A stretch of DNA of 64,000 bases from Eledone cirrhosa. Taxonomy: Eukaryota. The stretch covers positions 114,824,001 through 114,888,000 of the forward strand of contig OZ024742.1 in assembly GCA_964016885.1 (NCBI GenBank), in the 5' to 3' direction. Below are positions 15,308-28,456 of the stretch, in pieces (the first letter of the stretch is position 1; the number at the start of each line of letters is the position of its first letter). Both the position numbers and the translations under genes were made by a program. The notes under the pieces were generated by a model. The model saw only the letters and a list, made by a program, of their open reading frames with translations. It ran no database searches and was not told where the DNA came from.

Positions 15308-15627
15308 ATCGAACCAACATAACATAGCTTTAAATTAGGATACCTACTACCCACAGAAATATATTCATTAAGTATATTATATCCTTCACAAGTCTATACG
15401 ACATAATTGTCTGTAAGTAGCTCATCTGCCAACAAAATTATTCCTTCTCAGCTGCTGCCATCATTTGATTCTAAATCCTAGTTTTTCTTATATCACTACT
15501 ACAATGAAACTTTACCTTCTTTTTGCCATAATTACAATTAGCACGCTTATCTCTTTGCATGTATGTATATTTTTGTACGAGTGTATATTGATGAGTATGT
15601 ATGTGTCTATGTACACATGCATGTGTA

Positions 15628-15711
<84 letters not shown>

Positions 15712-16109
15712 GGGGGGGGGGGTTCCGTAAATATATGCGTATATTACTTCGGTAACCTCTGTATTAACTCAACAACTATTTAGCTTTGACAGTGTTGTTC
15801 CACTCATGTATATAATTGAAGATGAAGAGAAAGACTGTAAACACTAGCTTATCTTTAAAATTTAAAATTGATATAGACTTCGATACTCTGTACATGCCAA
15901 ACGCTTTCTTTTCCCTCATGACAGCTAGTTTTCCACGCCGTAACGTTAGATACATTATATACCCCCCACCTAGGTAATGTTAGGTTCTCCTTAAATAATT
16001 TATTAATAGCATTGTTGTAATTGTTGTTATTGTTCTAATTGAATGCCATTACTACTTCATATAGTAGCCTGTATATTCTTTTCTTGCCTGTGTATTTTCT
16101 TCATTCTCG

Positions 16110-16222
16110 CATGCTCCGAAGATCTGACTGGTTATAGTTTTGTATTGGCGATCGAGTAACTCGAAAATAAGCGAATAGCGATCTCTAGACCTACCAGCTC
16201 AGTGAAACAAATGTAAGCTATG
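16110..16222 (+). ncRNA. Type I HHR variant in 3' pLTR
   Basis: catgct-CCGAAGA-t-ctgactggt[insert]accagctcag-t-GAAA-caaatg-TA-agc(t)atg; predicted cleavage after 16215. Confidence 0.68.
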
Positions 16223-16450
16223 TGATTAAACCTTTTTTGTATAGAAAACCATGTCTACCTTCTTTCCTGATTTATTATTACTCCAAGTGTTTACAATATA
16301 AGAATTACGGCATACCCGCAGCATCACTATGAAAACGCCTTGTTGAGTCAAACCAAGCCAAGCGTTAATATCATCCACTACCTGGAATAGCATAACTGGA
16401 CTTTACCTGGGTGGACTGCATTTAACTATTATTTGTTACCCCGTATATAT

Positions 16451-17028
16451 ATATAAAAGAATTACAACCAAAATTAAATAGAAAACATGAGTGGAACAGC
16501 AACATCACAACTTACAATTAAGGACAAAAGGAAAATACACACAGGACAAAATGAAAACACACACACACATAGAACAAACAACTTACAATTAAGGACAAAA
16601 TGAAAACACACACAGGACAAAATGAAAACACACACACACATAGAACAAACAACCAACCAACAATAAATAAATAAATAAATAAACAAATAGATAAATGAAC
16701 ACAAACACACACAGACACCCGGATGTGGCGCATGCGCAAACTGAACACACAACACACACACAGAAACAAAATGGCGTAGGATAGAAGAAAGGAAAGATAC
16801 AGAAACAAAGAAAGGAAACCCCAGTCACTGAAGAGGTCACAGAGTGTGTGACGAAAGGACTATGACTATATATAAACAACTATCTGGTTGTGGAACCAAC
16901 CAACCAACCGGAAATTTATAGGTTTGTAAATTTGTAAATTTATAAATTTATAAATATATAATAAATTGAAGTGAAGCAACTGGTGCGTGTGTTTCTTATT
17001 GGCAACATGACCCTCCCAAAGTATAACA

Positions 17029-17029
<1 letters not shown>
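16451..17029 (+). mobile_element. 3' end/pLTR of second PLE family, inverted relative to 17154-19480
   Basis: Reverse complement of about 17154-17628 plus the family's terminal atgaccctcccaaagtataacaat; runs into (TA)n. Confidence 0.88.
16823..16867 (+). ncRNA. Minimal type I hammerhead ribozyme
   Basis: agtca-CTGAAGA-g-gtcaca gagtg tgtgac-GAAA-ggac-TA-tgact; 5-bp helix I, 6-bp helix II. Confidence 0.82.
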
Positions 17030-17080
<51 letters not shown>

Positions 17081-17090
17081 ATATATATAT

Positions 17091-17153
<63 letters not shown>

Positions 17154-17157
<4 letters not shown>

Positions 17158-19480
17158 AAACCTATAAATTTCCGGTTGGTTGGTTGGTTCCACAACCAGA
17201 TAGTTGTTTATATATAGTCATAGTCCTTTCGTCACAAACTCTGTGACCTCTTCAGTGACTGGGGTTTTCTTTCTTTGTTTCTGTATCTTTCCTTTCTTCT
17301 ATCCTACGCCATTTTGTTTATGTGTGTGTGTTGTGTGCTCAGTTTGCGCATGCGCCACATCCGGGTGTCTGTGTGTGTTTGTGTTCATTTATCTATTTGT
17401 TTATTTATTTATTTATTTATTGTTGGTTGGTTGTTGTTCTATGTGTGTGTGTGTTTTGATTTTGTCCTGTGTGTGTTTTCATTTTGTCCTTAATTGTAAG
17501 TTGTCTGTTCTATGTGTGTGTGTGTTTTCATTTTGTCCTGTGTGTATTTTCATTTTGTCCTTAATTGTAAGTTGTGATGTTGCTGTTCCACTCATGTTTT
17601 CTATTTAATTTTGGTTGTAATTCTTTTATGCTTACTACCTCTGTAATTTGCCTAAACATTGCATCTTTTCTGTGTCTGGATTCTATTTTTATTTCTATGT
17701 TCACTAATCTACCCCTGTGTTCTATCTTAGCATGTTGGTAGAGCACAGATGATTCTTTATTATCTTTGAGGTCTCGCCAGTGTTCATTTATTCGTTCCCC
17801 TATACTATGAGCTGTCTCACCTATGTACACTATATTTTTGTTTCTACATTGTCCTTCAGTACATCTTATGCTATACACTACATTTCTATTTTACAGTTAA
17901 TATGGGGGCTTATTTTAGAGGTTATACATTTCTTATCTATACATGAGGGTCTTTGGAACGGGTATGTCTTGCTAATAATTGTTTTTACGGAGGTACCTGG
18001 TCTTTCTACTATCTTAATATTGAGTTTATGTTTACTTGGGGCCCTTCTAAATTTGTAGGCTAGTTCGCCTCTAGGGGTTGTATTGATGAACATTACTCTG
18101 GTATTTATTGCTATCATACCATGAGTTTATTCTATTGGCCTTGTTCTTAGTTCTTTCTATTCTATTCCAAAATTTGCTCCTATACAAAGGGCAGGTCCCA
18201 TTTATGTCATTATTTCCCATTTTTTCCCATTTGGTTCTGGCTCCTCTATACACTCTGATTCTATCTCTCTGATTGTAGCCAGAGAACTGCATACGGTGGA
18301 TGAAGTGTTGTATGTGTCTCTCTAGTTCTTCGGGGTTGCACATGCGGGACACATTTCTCATCACCCGTACCAAATCCGCAATCAGTATGTTGATTTTGGT
18401 ATGGTCCGAAATGGCCGAGTTTCAGTGGATCAGATGTCTGGAAGTGATGAGTTTGGCATAATGGGAATGGAGGATTTGTTTTTGGTTGTTAATGGTATCT
18501 AACCAGAGCTCTGTGTCTAGTACAGGTAATCCATGGTTGGGGTGTCTACTTGGGTAGTCTATAGTAACTCTAATGCTCTGGTGGATGGAGTTTGCTATTT
18601 GCTGGATGCTTTCCATTGTATTTTTTTTTAGTTCCTGGCTGTTCTTTAGTGGGGGTGTCTTAACTACGATGTTTATATCATCTACGTAGCGGGAGTACAT
18701 TATCAGGGTTAAGCTGTCTTCTAATTGTTCTTTAAGTTTTTGTTTAAGTCTACTGTCCCACCATACCATGAATAAGTTAGCTATGTCGCCTGCAATGCTA
18801 ACACCAATGGCTGCTCCTTCCTCTTGGGCATATGTTTTACCATTAAATTTGAACATATGTTCCTTAAGGGTTAATTTTATGCTGACCCCTACCGCATGTG
18901 CAATCATTTTCTTCAGTTCATCGTGGTTTTCGGGTGTCCGTATGGCTCTGGTCCACCCGTTCCATCTATCTGTGTGGGTTTTCTTGACCATTGAGGTAAT
19001 GGTAGGTGGTCTGCCTCTTGCTGGTCTTGTAGGGCACAGGTTGCTAAGGTCATAAGTGTCTAGGTAACTATTACTATGGGTAAGCTTAAGTAGAAGTCCC
19101 AGCTCACTGGTATCAATCCCACGGAACTCAACCTTGCTCTCGCTGATAATTTCTACGCATTTCTCCACAGCAAAATCCACGTCAATAGATGGATACATGG
19201 ACACAACATCCATACTGCCTATTATGCAGTTTGTTAGGTCCCCAGATCGGTTACCCGCGCCGATTCTGCTGATGAGGTCCTCCGTGCTGTCACAAACATC
19301 TGGGGACATCTCAATGATGGGGCGTATGATCAGGGAGAGGAAGTAGGATAGTCTGTAGTTACTAGCAATGTTAGCCCCACAGACTGGCCGTGTTGGGGTT
19401 CCCGCGAGAGGGTCCCAGCCCGTTTTATGGTCTTTTCGAAGCCCATACAACGCCGGCACGTCATTGTTCCAGGCCTATAT
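17154..19480 (-). mobile_element. 5'-truncated Penelope-like element (RT + C-terminal GIY-YIG), frameshifted
   Basis: LYGLRKDHK, TRPVCGA, GSMDVVSMYPSID, GAAIG, YSRYVDD, PVLD; Y.I.C...YIGET...ER..EH endonuclease at 17561-17878. Confidence 0.92.
17216..17260 (-). ncRNA. Minimal type I hammerhead ribozyme
   Basis: Reverse-complement copy of 16823-16867. Confidence 0.8.
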
Positions 19481-20984
19481 ATAGTATTGCAATTTTTCAA
19501 CAAGATTTCGTGAAACTATTTGGCTTGCATTGTTCACTTTCACTTCCGCCTGTGAGACCTTCATTCTAGAAGCTATAAAATAAGTGTAGTTGACGTTATT
19601 TATGATTATCTTGTACGGTACAAATGGGATAAGAATTTGACTTAATTATTTTTTGTTTCTTATTCAGAATGAAACCTCTTAGTAATTTGGGGCTTATTAA
19701 GCTTACTGTGATTATATGATGGTGGATTTATGAAACCTTTGTATAAATATTCGTGCATATGCAATTATACGCATCCTAATGTGTGGTCATTTAAGGTTGT
19801 TATAGAATTGCGATATTAGTGGCCCTTGCTGAGAGCAGGTGTAGGTTCTTATATGGGCATCTTCTGAATATTTCAGGTTTAATATTCAGGAATTCGGTAA
19901 CGGACATCAAACCCTACAATAATCTGTATGTCATAGAAAACAAAGTGAACACTTATTGATTCCTTTAATATAGGGCTTGGTCTCCAATATTCTCTACTCT
20001 ATCGTAGCCATTACACTTGTTATTCTTATGTCACCGTTATTCTTATATATCTTATATGTTGCTGCCAATTTGACGAAGAACGTGAATAGTAGAGCTTTAT
20101 AAAGCGATCTAGTGTAATATGGATATAGTGGATATTACAATTTGTTATTATGCTAGCTTCATAAACTACTGACCTTTTATTACCTTTTTTTGAAGGGCAG
20201 ATCTCTAAACTACTTATGTCGTGTTGACGTTTTCTCTTGAATTCTGGTTTCGTTGAATTCTGGTTTCATTTTATCAATTAGATTTTTCATTTCATCGATT
20301 GGCCTCATGATTCATTATCTTTCACCGGCTTCCAGTTAAGTATCATATTATAACTATGATGAGTTGGGAAGTGCTTATCACTCAGTTGCCAGAATTTTCT
20401 CCCCAAGATAGTCTTCTTCGTAGAAGTGCTTCCTTGCTAGAATATTGGTCAGCGGTGGTTGATAGCGATACGGCCACCGGATGTGATAGTTAATTGCGAA
20501 ATGTGCAGGCAACTACTGGACGAATAAATAGCCCCGGGCCAACAGCGGTAAGATACCAGGAGAGATGGAGCAATAGCTGACACCAATAGCTGACATTTGT
20601 TATGACGAGGCTAGAAAAGTCTGCGTCTCTAAATAAGTATAGTTTCGAGGGTTGGACAAAGTACATGTTTGGTGTCTGACATGAATAACCCCACCGAAAC
20701 TGCAAATGCAATGTGGAGATATGGAAAAGAAAAAGAACAATAGACGCAATTACACACGAGACGCGTTCAAGGCATTTTTTGTTAACGGTAAACTCCGCCA
20801 GTTGCAATTTCTCTCCACAACGTTCGATCACCAGCAACGTTCAAAGAGCAAATATCAAATCCATTCCATACATCGACATTGCCAGGCCATCATTTTGACT
20901 GCCGGTCTCTGCTTCTCTTACCAAGCAGGCACAACCTAGTCACACCACGAGTTGATCTTTTTATATGGCCGTATAATTTTTTTG

Positions 20985-21345
20985 TACTCTTAACTTGAGA
21001 ATTGATGTAATTGGTCTACGTCAGGTTATCCTGAGCAGTTCAGTGATAGAGATACGGTCGGTGAGCCGCTTGCCAGTCATAAGTCACATGATGTGGTTCT
21101 GGAATGTAGAGACCTTCTGAAGTGACCTAGTCGTCCAATTAACCCAGTCAAGACCATATAACACAGCTGGTAGGATGTAAGTATCAGAGATCTTAGCCGT
21201 GAAACGATAGGAAATTCGTTTTGATGTTAGTACATCCTTGTTCTTTTTGAAGGCTTCCCAACATAGAGCGATTCTATATTGCGCAGCAACCCATCCATTG
21301 TTGTTGGATGACAGTTTGTGACCGAGATATACAAACTTGAGCAAT
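20985..21345 (-). mobile_element. RTE-type LINE 3' fragment (post-RT region)
   Basis: F.YLG...RI...W.AF...ILPAVLYG...W...FQN motif pattern in ORF 21084-21344. Confidence 0.72.
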
Positions 21346-21639
21346 GTGGTTGTAGTATATATATATATATATATATATATATAAGATGTGAATGGGAATT
21401 GGTGCTCACCAAGAAACAGGCGAAGCCTTCAAGAAGATCATCTATGTCCGTGTTCCGTTGCAGTTTTAATTTGGATTGCGTCGAGAACGTAACCTCATTA
21501 TGTAAGAACCTATCTGATGAGATCATGACACTAGTTTGGCGGAATCGCGTGGCCACTGTCGTCATTGATATATGTATCACACCATTATCTACGATCGACT
21601 CTAGCTTCTGAAACAACATTGGTCATTCCTTTTCTATTC

Positions 21640-21701
<62 letters not shown>

Positions 21702-22098
21702 GTGTGTGTGTGTGTGTGTAAATGAAGTAATTCCGTCGGAAAAGTCCATGAAAAAAGAGTGCTCTATGTAGGTAACAGAGCTTAATAGTTATGTAATAAA
21801 CAACATAAGGTGGTTTCAAAAAATGTTGCTTTCAATCATCAGAAGGATTTGTTCATTCTGCTGATTGAAAGCAAATTTTTTTGCTTTTCAGAAGTGAATT
21901 TATTTAGCAAGATTCTTTATCTGAAAACGTGTGTTGAAACCGATATTGTTATACTTTGGGAGGGTCATGTTGCCAATAAGAAACACACGCACCAGCTGCT
22001 CTCACTTCAATTTATTATAAATTAAATTCATAAATTTAGGAATTTATAAATTTCCGGTTCGTTGGTTGGTTTCACAACCAGATGATTGTTCATATATT

Positions 22099-22141
22099 GT
22101 CAAAGTTCTTTCGTCACATATTCTGTGACCACTTCAGTGAC
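22099..22141 (-). ncRNA. Minimal type I HHR (A9 mutated) in inverted pLTR
   Basis: gtca-CTGAAGT-g-gtcaca gaata tgtgac-GAAA-gaac-TT-tgac. Confidence 0.62.
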
Positions 22142-25100
22142 TGGGGATTATTTTCTTTGTTTTTGTGCCTCTCCTTTGTTCTGTCCTACGCCATCTTGTT
22201 TTTTGTGTGTGTTGTGTACTTAGTTTGCGCGTGTGTTACATCCGGGTGTCTGTGTGTGTTTATATTTCTTTATTTATTTGTTTATTTATAACCAACCAGA
22301 AATGAAATATTGTAAGCCTTAGCCAGGCTAACAAGATACTGAAAACCAACATGTTGTGTTGTCTACGAAAAACAATAACATCTCGAGAACTACTCTTCAT
22401 AAAAGAATGTGCCTCGTCCCGAGTTTACACCAATACCATCAACACCGATGTAAGGATATTACAACTCACCAAAAAGCAAGCAGATAGGCTAAAACGAACA
22501 CTAATTCTAACCATAAAAAAAGATTTACAGAGAATTAAGTAACCAAGAAAAACATAAGCGTAACCCAATACAAGAAATAACTAAGATCACCACACCAAGA
22601 GAAAAATTAATATTTATAAACCATATATGTCTTGAAGAAAAGTACATTGTTCAAGAATGTGACAAGCACTTTACAAAGAAACTAAAGTGGCTCAAACAGA
22701 TAAAACTAAATCAAGATACTTTAGAGAATGTCGATAGATACCCCGACAAAATTGACGGTATAAATATGGCCGAGATCTCATTAACAGATTAATTCAACAA
22801 CAACAACAAAATTATATACGGTAACACTATAGTCGACTCAGATGAATTATCGATATTACAGCTAACATCTAAATATGCCACATATAAGAAGGGAAATATG
22901 ATAAAATGCTTGTCAGAAATAGAAAAATCATTTAAAAAATTACGTTGGAGCTTCAAAAACAAAACAAAAACAAAATTAACAACATACGCACACACACACA
23001 CTCATACAGCACACATCCCAACAACAACAGACATACAGACACAAACAACAATAACAACAACAAACACATCAACATCAACAATAATAACACTCAGAAACAA
23101 CAACAACAGACACGCAGACGCAAACAACAATAACAACACACACAACAATAATAACATACACGCAGACAACAACAACAACACACATCAACAACAGCACACA
23201 TCAACAACAACAACAACACACACACATTCTATGCCTCTCACCAACACTACAATCTTAACAAACACACATACACAGAAAACAGGTAATGACAGTAACACAG
23301 AAATAAGGGACGGTAATATGATTGAAAGGAGAAGGTAGACTATCAATACTTAGAGAGAAAATAACCAGGACGAACACACAGACACACAAAATAGAATAGA
23401 TAAAAACAATGAGCCAGAGGAAAGAGACAGGCGTAATAATGAGAGACATAGAAACAACCATGAGGCTGTTGTTGGAAATAGAAATAGAAAAAACACAACT
23501 AACAATAACAATAGCAATAGTACACATAAAGCAGCAGCCAGGAACTCTACCTTTTATAATCCTTCCGATAAGTATTTCGACCTACGACGAGTAGACGCCA
23601 CGACTTTAGCTTTTAACAAACGCACGCAATTGCCGTAGCAGGTCGATGAATAAACAGAAGCACAATTTAGTATAGCTAGATCTAAACTTAGAAATATTAT
23701 AGAACAGCATATCAAGAAGCAACTTAGAATGGAGGCCCAGCAACTGTGAGAAAAATCTGCAAATGGCTTGCGTAAGCTCACTTGGCGCTCGTGTAATTGA
23801 GAGATTGCATGCTTTCCAACAGACAAGTCTGGCAGAATGTTGGTTGTCAGTCTGTCAAACTACATCCAGGCAATGCAACCCCACATCACTAACACAAGAG
23901 AAGTAACACCACATTAGCATGAGGATAGGGAAAAACGATATGATGATGTGAACAAATATAATGAGCCCAATAAAAGGACTGCCAACAACATCCAGGCCTG
24001 GAACAATGACGTGCAGTGACCCTGTCACAGGACCACCAACACAGCCAGTCTGTGGAGCTAACATTGCTAGTAACTACAGACTTGCCTACTTCATCTCGGT
24101 AATCATACGCCCTATCATTGAAATGTCCACAGATATATGTGACAGCACGGAGGACATCCTCGGTAGAATTGGCGAGAGTAACCGATCTAGGGATCTAACA
24201 AACTGCATAATAGATAGTATGGATGTTGTGTCCCTATATCCATCTATTGACGTGGATTTTGCTGTGGAGAAATGCGTAGAAATGATCAGTGAGAGCAATG
24301 TTAAATTGCGTGGGATTGATATCAGTGAGCTGGGACCCCTACATAAACTTAGCTATAGTAATGATTATCTAGATGCATATGACCTTAGCAGCCTGTGCCC
24401 TACAAGACCAGCAAGAGGCAGACGATCTACCATTACCTCAATGGCCAAGAAAACCCACACAGATATATGGAACGGATGGACCAGAGCTATACGGACCCCC
24501 GAAAACCATGATGAACTCAAGAAAATGATTGCACATGCGGTGGGCTCCAGTATAAAATTAACCCTTAAGGAACATATGTTCAAATTTAATGGAAAAACAT
24601 ATGCCCAAGGGGAGGGAGCAGCCATTGGTGTTAGCAATGCAGATGACATAGCTAACCTATTCATGGTATGGTGGGGCAATAGACTTAAACTTAAACTTAA
24701 AGATCAATTAGAAGACAGCAACCTCTTAACCCTGATAATGTACTCCCTCTACGTAGTAAAAACACCCACTAGATAACAGTCAGGAATTAGAGAAAAACAC
24801 CATGGAAAGCATCCAGCAAATAGCTAACTGCATCCATCAGAGTATTAGAGTTACTATAAACTACCCAAGCAAACACCCCAACCATCGATTACCTGTACTA
24901 GAAACAGAGTTCTGGTTAGATACCATTGATAACAAAAAACACATCCTCCATTCTCATTATGCCAAACCCTTGACTACCAAATATCTGATCCACCGAAACT
25001 CAGCTGTTTCGGACCATACCAAAATCAACATACTGATTGCGGATTTGGTACGGGTGATGAGAAACGTGTCCGGCATGTGCAACCCCAAATAACTAGAGAG

Positions 25101-26060
25101 ATACATACAACACTTCTTTCCACAGTATGCAGTTCTCTGGTTACAATCAGAGAGATAAAATCAGAGTATATAGAGGAGCCACAACCAAATGGGAAAACAT
25201 GGTAAATAATGATACAAATGGAACCTGCCCCTTGTATAGGAGCACATTTTCGAATAGAATAGAAATAACTAGGAATAAGGTTAATAGAATAAACTTATGG
25301 TATGATAGCAATACATACCAGCATGTAATGTGCATCGATACAACCCATAGAGGTGAATGAGCTTACACATTTAGAAGGGCCCTTGATAAACATAAAATCA
25401 ATATTATGATAGTAGAAAGACCAGGTACCTCCATAAAAAACACATATTAGCAATACATACCCTTTTCAAAGACCTCCCTGTATAGATGAGAAATGTATAA
25501 TCTGTAAATTAAGCCACCATATTAACTGTAAAACTAGAAATGTAGTATATTGCATAAAATGTACTGAAGGACAATGTAGAGATAAGAATATAGTGTACAC
25601 ATGTGAGACTGCTCGTAGTATAGAGGAACGGATAAATGAAAACAGGCAAAAGCTTCAAGATAGTAAAGAATCATCTGTACTCCACCAACAAGCTAAAATA
25701 GAACATAAGGGTTAATTAGAGAACATAGAAATAAAAATAGAATCTACACACAGAAAAGACGCAATATTTAGACAAATCACAGAGGCAATAAACATAAATG
25801 AACTCCAACCAAATTAAATAGAAAACATGAATGGAACAGCAACATCACAACTTACAATTAAGGACAAAATGAAAACACACACACATATAGAACAAACAAC
25901 CAAGCAGTAAAATGTAAATAAACAAATAAATAAAGAAATATAAACACACACAGACACCCGGATGTAACACATACGCAAACTAAGCACACAACACACACAC
26001 AATCAAGATGGCATAGGACAGAACAAAGGAGAGGCACAAAAACAAAGAAAATAATCCCCA

Positions 26061-26103
26061 GTCACTGAAGAGGTCACATAATGTGTGACGAAATAACTTT
26101 GAC
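26061..26103 (+). ncRNA. Minimal type I HHR in 3' pLTR
   Basis: gtca-CTGAAGA-g-gtcaca taatg tgtgac-GAAA-taac-TT-tgac. Confidence 0.7.
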
Positions 26104-26252
26104 AATATATGAACAACCATCTGGTTGTGGAACCAACCAACCAACCGGAAATTTAGAAATTCCTAAATTTATAAATATAATTTATAATAAATTGAAGTGA
26201 AAGCATCTGGTTCGTGTGTTTCTTATTGGCAACATGACCCTCCCAAAATATC

Positions 26253-26310
<58 letters not shown>

Positions 26311-26841
26311 AGTATGTATGTATACGTACATACATATATGTATACAGACGTACAGTAGCATGTATATATGTATGTATATATATACATACATGCAGGTACA
26401 CATACATATATGCACGCATCAGTTTAGCAGACGCTTATTATAGCGCTCGCATAATACAAACTGAACAGCCTGAATTTCAGGCTGTTCAGTTTGTTGACAA
26501 ACGAACAAAGCGAGCGCTATAATAAGCGTCTGCTAAACTGATGCGTGCATATATGTATGTGTACCTGCATGTATGTATATATATACATATATATATACAT
26601 GCTACTGTACGTCTGTATACATATATGTATGTACGTATACATACATACTTACATTTAAGTAAGTGCCATACTAAGAGTGAGAAATGAAATTTCGTTTTTC
26701 GTTTTCATTTTTTTTCAACTTATCGTTTTCGGTATGCCTGACCGATTTAACTCACTCAATATGCAAATTAGGCTGCTCAGCCGTTAATTTTCATAAGGAA
26801 AGTATATACTTTCGAACGTTCAACTATCTGGCAGATGGGTA

Positions 26842-26886
26842 AACGGTGCTGATGATAGCTAACAAGCTTGAAACTAGTACATCGTT
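26842..26886 (+). ncRNA. Canonical minimal type I hammerhead ribozyme
   Basis: aacggtg-CTGATGA-t-agct aaca agct-t-GAAA-ctag-TA-catcgtt; palindromic CTAG helix III; GUA cleavage after 26879. Confidence 0.88.
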
Positions 26887-27310
26887 CCTGTGTCAGTGTT
26901 GAACAAAAAGGTGACGTGGTTGCCTTAACACCGTATGGCATAAATTCAGGCTGTTCAGTTTGTTGACAAACGAACAAAGCGAGCGCTATAATAAGCGTCT
27001 GCTAAACTGATGCGTGCATATATGTATGTGTACCTGCATGTATGTATATATATACATATATATATACATGCTACTGTACGTCTGTATACATATATGTATG
27101 TACGTATACATACATACTTACATTTAAGTAAGTGCCATACTAAGAGTGAGAAATGAAATTTCGTTTTTCGTTTTCATTTTTTTTCAACTTATCGTTTTCG
27201 GTATGCCTGACCGATTTAACTCACTCAATATGCAAATTAGGCTGCTCAGCCGTTAATTTTCATAAGGAAAGTATATACTTTCGAACGTTCAACTATCTGG
27301 CAGATGGGTA

Positions 27311-27355
27311 AACGGTGCTGATGATAGCTAACAAGCTTGAAACTAGTACATCGTT
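27311..27355 (+). ncRNA. Canonical minimal type I hammerhead ribozyme (second unit)
   Basis: Identical to 26842-26886. Confidence 0.88.
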
Positions 27356-27904
27356 CCTGTGTCAGTGTTGAACAAAAAGGTGACGTGGTTGCCTTAACAC
27401 CGTATGGCATAAATTCAGGCTGTTCAGTTTGTTGACAAACGAACAAAGCGAGCGCTATAATAAGCGTCTGCTAAACTGATGCGTGCATATATGTATGTGT
27501 ACCTGCATGTATGTATATATATACATATATATATACATGCTACTGTACGTCTGTATACATATATGTATGTACGTATACATACATACTTACATTTAAGTAA
27601 GTGCCATACTAAGAGTGAGAAATGAAATTTCGTTTTTCGTTTTCATTTTTTTTCAACTTATATATATATATATATATATATATACAGACAAATCCACCAA
27701 TTAATGGTAGTGTCCAAGCCGTATAAAGTACTCAATGTAATCCGTATTTAAAAGATGTCGTGAAGCATTTCAACGATACAATTCATTGGAAGCAGAATAA
27801 AAAATGGCTGTCTTCTTCTATCTAACAATCTTAGTCTCTCAGCAATTGAGAGAAATAAAAAAACAAATTAGGAAATTCGTGAAAGATTATTATAATTGTT
27901 TCTA

Positions 27905-28080
27905 CTTTAGGCACAAGGCCAGCAATTACCCAGTGCATTACTGGTACTATATTTTATCGACCCCGTAAGGATGAAAGGCAAAGTCAACCTCGGTGGGATT
28001 TGAATTCAGATCGTAAAGGGACGTAACTATGCTGGAAAGCATGGCGTCCGACCATCTACCGATACTGCCAATCCACCAGA
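27905..28080 (-). mobile_element. tRNA-derived SINE (cephalopod-type)
   Basis: Minus strand has B-box-like gaattcaaatccc followed by gaggttgactttgcctttcatccttacggggtcgataaaatatagtaccagt core. Confidence 0.78.
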
Positions 28081-28456
28081 TTATTATAATGTTACCATTA
28101 CATTTAAAAATAGCACTAAAGTGGTCAATTTCCTCGACATCACTTTGGATCTATCAACAGGCATTTACCAACCATAACATAAACCAAACCAAAACCTGCA
28201 TTATCACAATCTAACCACGCTGGTTCCATACTAAAAATGTAGTGTACAATATCTCACTCAGATTTTGTAACTTATCATCTGATGAAGAAATATTATATAA
28301 AAATGCACCTTATCATAATGAGGCTTTAGCTAGAAGTGCCTACAAGGATACAATATTTTACATACCTACACCATCTATAAATCAAACAAAAAACAATAAA
28401 TCAAAATCTAATTCAATTAAATAATCTACTAAACAACTTGTTCACACCCCTAATAA

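Larger units (their letters stand above)
12451..16448 (+). mobile_element. Full-length Naiad-like Penelope-like element with direct pLTRs (12451-12876 and 16023-16448)
   Basis: About 426-bp direct repeats offset by 3572 bp flank an RT + GIY-YIG ORF; N-terminal SLKNIP.P and RWKA, KADK, KDHK, RLI.P.KS.IG, FDI..YY.SI, C-terminal CNC..C.L..C..Y...YIG....FK.R...H and C.LC...CRH motifs. Confidence 0.92.
21944..26257 (+). mobile_element. Near full-length degenerate PLE of the second family with inverted 5' pLTR (21944-22290, -) and 3' pLTR ending in (TA)n
   Basis: ORF fragments 22898-25830 homologous to 17561-19459 (PTDKSGR, QPVCGANIASNYRL, SMDVVSLYPSID, GAAIG); 21944-22290 is the reverse complement of about 25915-26257. 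Confidence 0.9.
26290..27660 (+). repeat. Tandem array of about 2.5 x 469-bp HHR-containing units (retrozyme-like) with an inverted partial unit at the 5' side (about 26290-26475)
   Basis: Units start at 26476, 26945 and 27414 and look identical by eye; fold-back junction aaactgaacagcctgaa-t-ttcaggctgttcagttt; both ends in (TA)n. Confidence 0.92.

Noticed and set aside
26777-27446. Duplicated 66-aa minus-strand ORFs
   Set aside because: Antisense by-products of the 469-bp repeat, with a non-ATG start and no recognisable motif
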